Below, piece by piece: positions 1 through 9,661 of a stretch of 64,000 bases of DNA. The position numbers were made by a program, and so were the translations under genes. How positions within the stretch are numbered: position 1 is the first letter of the stretch; each line of letters opens with the position of its first letter. This DNA is from Auanema rhodensis (Eukaryota; Animalia; Nematoda). Where the stretch lies: positions 15,438,001 through 15,502,000 of the forward strand of contig OZ059900.1 in assembly GCA_964057225.1 (NCBI GenBank). Direction: 5' to 3'. The notes beneath the pieces are model-generated. The model saw nothing but the letters and a program-made list of their open reading frames with translations. It had not been told where the DNA came from and did no database searches.

Positions 1-295
1 TGTTTTTTGTCGTGAAAGTGGAACTAGACGTTGTAGGAACAATTTTGAGCTAGGTTTCATTGACATTGCATGAGTTTGAACACATGAAATCGTAAGTCAA
101 AACCTTGTTTACAGCGAAATTTCCAAAAACTGGTTTTCCAGCATAATAAAATATTTCTCATGGGAAATACTGTGTTTTTGTATTTTTCTAGTGTTCAGCA
201 TGTGAAATGCTTCATTTTAGTATGTAACACGCTGAAATTCGTTGCATTTGACGACTCATATGAACAAAAATCGATTTAATCAATATTAGCCATAA

Positions 296-347
296 AGGGC
301 GTGCCCTCAGAATATGCTAATGGGGCGTGCCCTCAGAATATGCTAAT
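296..347 (+). repeat. 26-bp tandem duplication within a monomer
   Basis: (a/g)gggcgtgccctcagaatatgctaat occurs at 296-321 and again at 322-347. This monomer is 367 bp (341+26). Confidence 0.95.
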
Positions 348-367
348 TTCCTTAATTTTCTAACCCC

Positions 368-530
368 TGTTTTTTTGTCGTGAAAGTGGAACTAGACGTT
401 GTACGAACAATTTTGAGCTAGGTTTCATTGACATTGCATGAGTTTGAACACATGAAATCGTAAGTCAAAACCTTGTTTACAGCGAAATTTCCAAAAACTG
501 GTTTTCCAGCATAATTAATTTTCTAACCCC
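368..530 (+). repeat. Truncated 163-bp monomer (179-bp internal deletion)
   Basis: Junction ccagcataat|taattttctaacccc at ~515/516. The next monomer starts at 531. Confidence 0.95.
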
Positions 531-852
531 TGTTTTTTTGTCGTGAAAGTGGGACTAGACGTTGTACGAACAATTTTGAGCTAGGTTTCATTGACATTGC
601 ATGAGTTTGAACACATGAAATCGTAAGTCAAAACCTTGTTTACAGCGAAATTTCCAAAAACTGGTTTTCCAGCATAATAAAATATTTCTCATGGGAAATA
701 CTGTGTTTTTGTATTTTTCTAGTGTTCAGCATGTAAAATGCTTCATTTTAGTATGTAACACGCTGAAATTCGTTGCATTTGACGACTCATATGAACAAAA
801 ATCGATTTAATCAATATTAGCCATAAGGGGCGTGCCCTCAGAATATGCTAAT

Positions 853-1140
853 AGAAAAATAGAAAAATACAAAAAGAAAAATACAAAAACACAGTATTTC
901 CCATGAGAAATATTTTATTATGCTGGAAAACCAGTTTTTGGAAATTTCGCTGTAAACAAGGTTTTGACTTACGATTTCATGTGTTCAAACTCATGCAATG
1001 TCAATGAAACCTAGCTCAAAATTGTTCGTACAACGTCTAGTTCCACTTTCACGACAAAAAAACAGGGGTTAGAAAATTAAGGAAATTAGCATATTCTGAG
1101 GGCACGCCCCTTATGGCTAATATTGATTAAATCGATTTTT
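853..1140 (-). repeat. Inverted satellite segment inserted into the array, flanked by 12-bp direct repeats (gaatatgctaat at 841-852 and 1141-1152)
   Basis: 875-1140 is the reverse complement of the satellite from aaaaatcgattt across the monomer boundary to tgtatttttct. 852-875 holds two short partial copies of the start of that inverted tract. Confidence 0.95.
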
Positions 1141-1172
1141 GAATATGCTAATTCCCTTAATTTTCTAACTCC

Positions 1173-1513
1173 TGTTTTTTTGTCGTGAAAGTGGAACTAG
1201 ACGTTGTACGAACAATTTTGAGCTAGGTTTCATTGACATTGCATGAGTTTGAACACATGAAATCGTAAGTCAAAACCTTGTTTACAGCGAAATTTCCAAA
1301 AACTGGTTTTCCAGCATAATAAAATATTTCTCATGGGAAATACTGTGTTTTTGTATTTTTCTAGTGTTCAGCATGTGAAACACTTCATTTTAGTATGTAA
1401 CACGCTGAAATTCAATGCATTTGACGAATCATATGAACAAAAATCGATTTAATCAATATAAGCCATAGAGGCGTGCCCTCAGAATATGCTAATTTCCTTA
1501 ATTTTCTAACCCC
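1173..1513 (+). repeat. More diverged monomer (341 bp)
   Basis: Carries several private variants: gtgaaacacttc, ttcaatgc, gacgaatc, atataagccatagaggcg (including a 1-bp deletion). Confidence 0.85.
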
Positions 1514-2880
1514 TGTTTTTTGTCGTGAAAGTGGAACTAGACGTTGTAGGAACAATTTTGAGCTAGGTTTCATTGACATTGCATGAGTTTGAACACATGA
1601 AATCGTAAGTCAAAACCTTGTTTACAGCGAAATTTCCAAAAACTGGTTTTCCAGCATAATAAAATATTTCTCATGGGAAATACTGTGTTTTTGTATTTTT
1701 CTAGTGTTCAGCATGTAAAATACTTCATTTTAGTATGTAACACGCTGAAATTCGTTGCATTTGACGACTCATATGAACAAAAATCGATTTAATCAATATT
1801 AGCCATAAGGGGCGTGCCCTCAGAATGTGCTAATTTCCTTAATTTTCTAACCCCTGTTTTTTTGTCGTGAAAGTGGAATTAGACGTAGTAAGAACAATTT
1901 TGAGCTAGGTTTCATTGACATTGCATGAGTTTGAACACATGAAATCGTAAGTCAAAACCTTGTTTACAGCGAAATTTCCAAAAACTGGTTTTCCAGCATA
2001 ATAAAATATTTCTCATGGGAAATACTGTGTTTTTGTATTTTTCTAGTGTTCAGCATGTAAAATGCTTCATTTTAGTATGTAACACGCTGAAATTCGTTGC
2101 ATTTGACGACTCATATGAACAAAAATCGATTTAATCAATATTAGCCATAAGGGGCGTGCCCTCAGAATATGCTAATTTCCTTAATTTTCTAACCCCTGTT
2201 TTTTTGTCGTGAAAGTGGAACTAGACGTTGTACGAACAATTTTGAGCTAGGTTTCATTGACATTGCATGAGTTTGAACACATGAAATCGTAAGTCAAAAC
2301 CTTGTTTACAGCGAAATTTCCAAAAACTGGTTTTCCAGCATAATAAAATATTTCTCATGGGAAATACTGTGTTTTTGTATTTTTCTAGTGTTCAGCATGT
2401 AAAATGCTTCATTTTAGTATGTAACACGCTGAAATTCGTTGCATTTGACGACTCATATGAACAAAAATCGATTTTATCAATATTAGCCATAAGGGGCGTG
2501 CCCTCAGAATATGCTAATTTCCTTAATTTTCTAACCCCTGTTTTTTTGTCGTGAAAGTGGGACTAGACGTTGTACAAACAATTTTGAGCTAGGTTTCATT
2601 GACATTGCATGAGTTTGAACACATGAAATCGTAAGTCAAAACCTTGTTTACAGCGAAATTTCCAAAAACTGGTTTTCCAGCATAATAAAATATTTCTCAT
2701 GGGAAATACTGTGTTTTTGTATTTTTCTAGTGTTCAGCATGTAAAATGCTTCATTTTAGTATGTAACACGCTGAAATTCGTTGCATTTGACGACTCATAT
2801 GAACAAAAATCGATTTAATCAATATTAGCCATAAGGGGCGTGCCCTCAGAATATGCTAATTCCCTTAATTTTCTAACCCC

Positions 2881-3222
2881 TGTTTTTTTGTCGTGAAAGT
2901 GGAACTAGACGTTGTACAAACAATTTTGAGCTAGGTTTCATTGACATTGCATGAGTTTGAACACATGAAATCGTAAGTCAAAACCTTGTTTACAGCGAAA
3001 TTTCCAAAAACTGGTTTTCCAGCATAATAAAATATTTCTCATGGGAAATACTGTGTTTTTGTATTTTTCTAGTGTTCAGCATGTAAAATGCTTCATTTTA
3101 GTATGTAACACGCTGAAATTCGTTGCATTTGACGACTCATATGAACAAAAATCGATTTAATCAATATTAGCCATAAGGGGCGTGCCCTCAGAATATGCTA
3201 ATTCCCTTAATTTTCTAACCCC
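2881..3222 (+). repeat. Representative 342-bp monomer
   Basis: Runs from tgtttttttgtcgtg at 2881 to ttttctaacccc at 3222. Consensus has 116/342 G+C and 10 CpG. Confidence 0.97.
3166..3202. other. Imperfect inverted repeat (potential hairpin/cruciform) present in each full monomer at positions 286-322
   Basis: attagccata-aggggc-gt-gccctc-agaa-tatgctaat: outer arms attagc(c)ata/tatgctaat, inner arms gggc/gccc. Confidence 0.75.
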
Positions 3223-6200
3223 TGTTTTTTTGTCGTGAAAGTGGAACTAGACGTTGTACAAACAATTTTGAGCTAGGTTTCATTGACATTGCATGAGTTT
3301 GAACACATGAAATCGTAAGTCAAAACCTTGTTTACAGCGAAATTTCCAAAAACTGGTTTTCCAGCATAATAAAATATTTCTCATGGGAAATACTGTGTTT
3401 TTGTATTTTTCTAGTGTTCAGCATGTAAAATGCTTCATTTTAGTATGTAACACGCTGAAATTCGTTGCATTTGACGACTCATATGAACAAAAATCGATTT
3501 AATCAATATTAGCCATAAGGGGCGTGCCCTCAGAATATGCTAATTTCCTTAATTTTCTAACCCCTGTTTTTTTTGTCGTGAAATTGGAACTAGACGTTGT
3601 ACAAACATTTTTGAGCTAGGTTTCATTGACATTGCATGAGTTTGAACACATGAAATCGTAAGTCAAAACCTTGTTTACAGCGAAATTTCCAAAAACTGGT
3701 TTTCCAGCATGATAAAATATTTCTCATGGGAAATACTGTGTTTTTGTATTTTTTTAGTGTTCAGCATGTAAAATACTTCATTTTAGTATGTCACACGCTG
3801 AAATTCGTTGCATTTGACGACTCATATGAACAAAAATCGATTTAATCAATATTAGCCATAAGGGGCGTGCCCTCAGAATATGCTAATTTCCTTAATTTTC
3901 TAACCCCTGTTTTTTTGTCGTGAAAGTGGAACTAGACGTTGTACAAACAATTTTGAGCTAGGTTTCATTGACATTGCATGAGTTTGAACACATGAAATCG
4001 TAAGTCAAAACCTTGTTTACAGCGAAATTTCCAAAAACTGGTTTTCCAGCATAATAAAATATTTCTCATGGGAAATACTGTGTTTTTGTATTTTTCTAGT
4101 GTTCAGCATGTAAAATGCTTCATTTTAGTATGTAACACGCTGAAATTCGTTGCATTTGACGACTCATATGAACAAAAATCGATTTAATCAATATTAGCCA
4201 TAAGGGGCGTGCCCTCAGAATATGCTAATTTCCTTAATTTTCTAACCCCTGTTTTTTTGTCGTGAAAGTGGAACTAGACGTTGTACGAACAATTTTGAGC
4301 TAGGTTTCATTGACATTGCATGAGTTTGAACACATGAAATCGTAAGTCAAAACCTTGTTTACAGCGAAATTTCCAAAAACTGGTTTTCCAGCATAATAAA
4401 ATATTTCTCATGGGAAATACTGTGTTTTTGTATTTTTCTAGTGTTCAGCATGTAAAATGCTTCATTTTAGTATGTAACACGCTGAAATTCGTTGCATTTG
4501 ACGACTCATATGAACAAAAATCGATTTAATCAATATTAGCCATAAGGGGCGTGCCCTCAGAATATGCTAATTTCCTTAATTTTCTAACCCCTGTTTTTTA
4601 GTCGTGAAAGTGGAACTAGACGTTGTACGAACAATTTTGAGCTAGGTTTCATTGACATTGCATGAGTTTGAACACATGAAATCGTAAGTCAAAACCTTGT
4701 TTACAGCGAAATTTCCAAAAACTGGTTTTCCAGCATGATAAAATATTTCTCATGGGAAATACTGTGTTTTTGTATTTTTCTAGTGTTCAGCATGTAAAAT
4801 GCTTCATTTTAGTATGTAACACGCTGAAATTCGTTGCATTTGACGACTCATATGAACAAAAATCGATTTAATCAATATTAGCCATAAGGGGCGTGCCCTC
4901 AGAATATGCTAATTTCCTTAATTTTCTAACCCCTGTTTTTTTGTCGTGAAAGTGGAACTAGACGTTGTACGAACAATTTTGAGCTACGTTTCATTGACAT
5001 TGCATGAGTTTGAACACATGAAATCGTAAGTCAAAACCTTGTTTACAGCGAAATTTCCAAAAACTGGTTTTCCAGCATAATAAAATATTTCTCATGGGAA
5101 ATACTGTGTTTTTGTTTTTTTCTAGTGTTCAGCATGTAAAATGCTCCATTTTAGTATGTAACACGCTGAAATTCGTTGCATTTGACGACTCATATGAACA
5201 AAAATCGATTTAATCAATATTAGCCATAAGGGGCGTGCCCTCAGAATATGCTAATTTCCTTAATTTTCTAACCCCTGTTTTTTTGTCGTGAAAGTGGAAC
5301 TAGACGTTGTAGGAACAATTTTGAGCTAGGTTTCATTGACATTGCATGAGTTTGAACACATGAAATCGTAAGTCAAAACCTTGTTTACAGCGAAATTTCC
5401 AAAAACTGGTTTTCCAGCATAATAAAATATTTCTCATGGGAAATACTGTGTTTTTGTTTTTTTCTAGTGTTCAGCATGGAAAATGCTCCATTTTAGTATG
5501 TAACACGCTGAAATTCGTTGCATTTGACGACTCATATGAACAAAAATCGATTTAATCAATATTAGCCATAAGGGGCGTGCCCTCAGAATATGCTAATTTC
5601 CTTAATTTTCTAACCCCTGTTTTTTTGTCGTGAAAGTGGAACTAGACGTTGTAGGAACAATTTTGAGCTAGGTTTCATTGACATTGCATGAGTTTGAACA
5701 CATGAAATCGTAAGTCAAAACCTTGTTTACAGCGAAATTTCCAAAAACTGGTTTTCCAGCATAATAAAATATTTCTCATGGGAAATACTGTGTTTTTGTT
5801 TTTTTCTAGTGTTCAGCATGTAAAATGCTCCATTTTAGTATGTAACACGCTGAAATTCGTTGCATTTGACGACTCATATGAACAAAAATCGATTTAATCA
5901 ATATTAGCCATAAGGGGCGTGCCCTCAGAATATGCTAATTTCCTTAATTTTCTAACCCCTGTTTTTTTGTCGTGAAAGTGGAACTAGACGTTGTAGGAAC
6001 AATTTTGAGCTAGGTTTCATTGACATTGCATGAGTTTGAACACATGAAATCGTAAGTCAAAACCTTGTTTACAGCGAAATTTCCAAAAACTGGTTTTCCA
6101 GCATAATAAAATATTTCTCATGGGAAATACTGTGTTTTTGTTTTTTTCTAGTGTTCAGCATGGAAAATGCTCCATTTTAGTATGTAACACGCTGAAATTC

Positions 6201-6301
6201 GTTGCATTTGACGACTCATATGAACAAAAATCGATTTAATCAATATTAGCCATAAGGGGCGTGCCCTCAGAATATGCTAATTTCCTTAATTTTCTAACCC
6301 C

Positions 6302-8353
6302 TGTTTTTTTGTCGTGAAAGTGGAACTAGACGTTGTACGAACAATTTTGAGCTAGGTTTCATTGACATTGCATGAGTTTGAACACATGAAATCGTAAGTC
6401 AAAACCTTGTTTACAGCGAAATTTCCAAAAACTGGTTTTCCAGCATAATAAAATATTTCTCATGGGAAATACTGTGTTTTTGTATTTTTCTAGTGTTCAG
6501 CATGTAAAATGCTTCATTTTAGTTTGTAACACGCTGAAATTCGTTGCATTTGACGACTCATATGAACAAAAATCGATTTAATCAATATTAGCCATAAGGG
6601 GCGTGCCCTCAGAATATGCTAATTTCCTTAATTTTCTAACCCTTGTTTTTTTGTCGTGAAATTGGAACTAGACGTTGTACAAACAATTTTGAGCTAGGTT
6701 TCATTGACATTGCATGAGTTTGAACACATGAAATCGTAAGTCAAAACCTTGTTTACAGCGAAATTTCCAAAAACTGGTTTTCCAGCATGATAAAATATTT
6801 CTCATGGGAAATACTGTGTTTTTGTATTTTTCTAGTGTTCAGCATGTAAAATACTTCATTTTAGTATGTAACACGCTGAAATTCGTTGCATTTGACGACT
6901 CATATGAACAAAAATCGATTTAATCAATATTAGCCATAAGGGGCGTGCCCTCAGAATATGCTAATTTCCTTAATTTTCTAACCCCTGTTTTTTTGTCGTG
7001 AAAGTGGAACTAGACGTTGTACAAACAATTTTGAGCTAGGTTTCATTGACATTGCATGAGTTTGAACACATGAAATCGTAAGTCAAAACCTTGTTTACAG
7101 CGAAATTTCCAAAAACTGGTTTTCCAGCATAATAAAATATTTCTCATGAGAAATACTGTGTTTTTGTATTTTTCTAGTGTTCAGCATGTGAAATGCTTCA
7201 TTTTAGTATGTAACACGCTGAAATTCGTTGCATTTGACGACTCATATGAACAAAAATCGATTTAATCAATATTAGCCATAAGGGGCGTGCCCTCATAATA
7301 TGCTAATTTCCTTAATTTTCTAACCCCTGTTTTTTTGTCGTGAAAGTGGAACTAGACGTTGTACGAACAATTTTGAGCTAGGTTTCATTGACATTGCATG
7401 AGTTTGAACACATGAAATCGTAAGTCAAAACCTTGTTTACAGCGAAATTTCCAAAAACTGGTTTTCCAGCATAATAAAATATTTCTCATGGGAAATACTG
7501 TGTTTTTGTATTTTTCTAGTGTTCAGCATGTAAAATGCTTCATTTTAGTTTGTAACACGCTGAAATTCGTTGCATTTGACGACTCATATGAACAAAAATC
7601 GATTTAATCAATATTAGCCATAAGGGGCGTGCCCTCAGAATATGCTAATTTCCTTAATTTTCTAACCCTTGTTTTTTTGTCGTGAAATTGGAACTAGACG
7701 TTGTACAAACAATTTTGAGCTAGGTTTCATTGACATTGCATGAGTTTGAACACATGAAATCGTAAGTCAAAACCTTGTTTACAGCGAAATTTCCAAAAAC
7801 TGGTTTTCCAGCATGATAAAATATTTCTCATGGGAAATACTGTGTTTTTGTATTTTTCTAGTGTTCAGCATGTAAAATACTTCATTTTAGTATGTAACAC
7901 GCTGAAATTCGTTGCATTTGACGACTCATATGAACAAAAATCGATTTAATCAATATTAGCCATAAGGGGCGTGCCCTCAGAATATGCTAATTTCCTTAAT
8001 TTTCTAACCCCTGTTTTTTTGTCGTGAAAGTGGAACTAGACGTTGTACAAACAATTTTGAGCTAGGTTTCATTGACATTGCATGAGTTTGAACACATGAA
8101 ATCGTAAGTCAAAACCTTGTTTACAGCGAAATTTCCAAAAACTGGTTTTCCAGCATAATAAAATATTTCTCATGAGAAATACTGTGTTTTTGTATTTTTC
8201 TAGTGTTCAGCATGTGAAATGCTTCATTTTAGTATGTAACACGCTGAAATTCGTTGCATTTGACGACTCATATGAACAAAAATCGATTTAATCAATATTA
8301 GCCATAAGGGGCGTGCCCTCATAATATGCTAATTTCCTTAATTTTCTAACCCC
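6302..8353 (+). repeat. Two tandem copies of a 3-monomer (1026-bp) higher-order unit
   Basis: The marker order agtttgt/cccttg, then aattgg/catgata/atactt, then catgagaa/atgtgaaa/ctcataat occurs at 6302-7327 and again at 7328-8353. Confidence 0.9.
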
Positions 8354-8626
8354 TGTTTTTTTGTCGTGAAAGTGGAACTAGACGAAACCTTGTTTACAGC
8401 GAAATTTCCAAAAACTGGTTTTCCAGCATAATAAAATATTTCTCATGGGAAATACTGTGTTTTTGTATTTTTCCAGTGTTCAGCATGTAAAATGCTTCAT
8501 TTTAGTATGTAACACGCTGAAATTCGTTGCATTTGACGACTCATATGAACAAAAATCGATTTAATCAATATTAGCCATAAGGGGCGTGCCCTCAGAATAT
8601 GCTAATTTCCTTAATTTTCTAACCCC
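8354..8626 (+). repeat. 273-bp monomer with 69-bp deletion (copy 1 of 3)
   Basis: Junction ctagacg|aaaccttg at 8384/8385. The identical junction recurs at 10376/10377 and 11333/11334. Confidence 0.95.
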
Positions 8627-9310
8627 TGTTTTTTTGTCGTGAAAGTGGAACTAGACGTTGTACGAACAATTTTGAGCTAGGTTTCATTGACATTGCATGA
8701 GTTTGAACACATGAAATCGTAAGTCAAAACCTTGTTTACAGCGAAATTTCCAAAAACTGGTTTTCCAGCATAATAAAATATTTCTCATGGGAAATACTGT
8801 GTTTTTGTATTTTTCTAGTGTTCAGCATGTAAAATGCTTCATTTTAGTATGTAACACGCTGAAATTCGTTGCATTTGACGACTCATATGAACAAAAATCG
8901 ATTTAATCAATATTAGCCATAAGGGGCGTGCCCTCAGAATATGCTAATTTCCTTAATTTTCTAACCCCTGTTTTTTTGTCGTGAAAGTGGAACTAGACGT
9001 TGTACGAACAATTTTGAGCTAGGTTTCATTGACATTGCATGAGTTTGAACACATGAAATCGTAAGTCAAAACCTTGTTTACAGCGAAATTTCCAAAAACT
9101 GGTTTTCCAGCATAATAAAATATTTCTCATGGGAAATACTGTGTTTTTGTATTTTTCTAGTGTTCAGCATGTAAAATGCTTCATTTTAGTATGTAACACG
9201 CTGAAATTCGTTGCATTTGACGACTCATATGAACAAAAATCGATTTAATCAATATTAGCCATAAGGGGCGTGCCCTCAGAATATGCTAATTTCCTTAATT
9301 TTCTAACCCC

Positions 9311-9661
9311 TGTTTTTTTGTCGTGAAAGTGGGACTAGACGTTGTACAAACAATTTTGAGCTAGGTTTCTTTGACATTGCATGAGTTTGAACACATGAAA
9401 TCGTAAGTCAAAACCTTGTTTACAGCGAAATTTCCAAAAACTGGTTTTCCAGCATAATAAAATATTTCTCATGGGAAATACTGTGTTTTTGTTTTTTTCT
9501 AGTGTTCAGCATGTAAAATGCTCCATTTGCTTCATTTTAGTTTGTAACACGCTGAAATTCGTTGCATTTGACGACTCATATGAACAAAAATCGATTTAAT
9601 CAATATTAGCCATAAGGGGCGTGCCCTCAGAATATGCTAATTTCCTTAATTTTCTAACCCT
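9311..9661 (+). repeat. 351-bp chimeric monomer with a 9-bp duplicated junction
   Basis: gctccattt (9520-9528) is followed by gcttcattt (9529-9537). The left and right halves carry markers of two different monomer types. Confidence 0.9.

Noticed and set aside
853-1140. Transposable element inferred from the 12-bp flanking duplication
   Set aside because: The insert is entirely reverse-complement satellite, with no terminal inverted repeats, LTRs or coding sequence.
2357-2554. 65-aa ORF MGNTVFLYFSS...
   Set aside because: It lies wholly inside a satellite monomer. It is open only because one private a>t change (gatttaa>gatttta, ~2475) removes the TAA present in the other copies. There is no recognisable protein motif.
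3118-3134. CENP-B-box-like motif attcgttgcatttgacg
   Set aside because: It matches TTCG....A but lacks the essential CGGG (6 of 9 core positions), so it is not a canonical box and could be chance.
3215-3222. Telomere-like ctaaccc
   Set aside because: Single unit per monomer, not tandem.
2881-3222. Primate alpha-satellite dimer, 5S rDNA, tRNA or spliced-leader tandem unit
   Set aside because: The length resembles a 2x171 alphoid dimer, but I recognise no alphoid sequence and no 5S, tRNA or SL motifs. A family assignment needs a database search.
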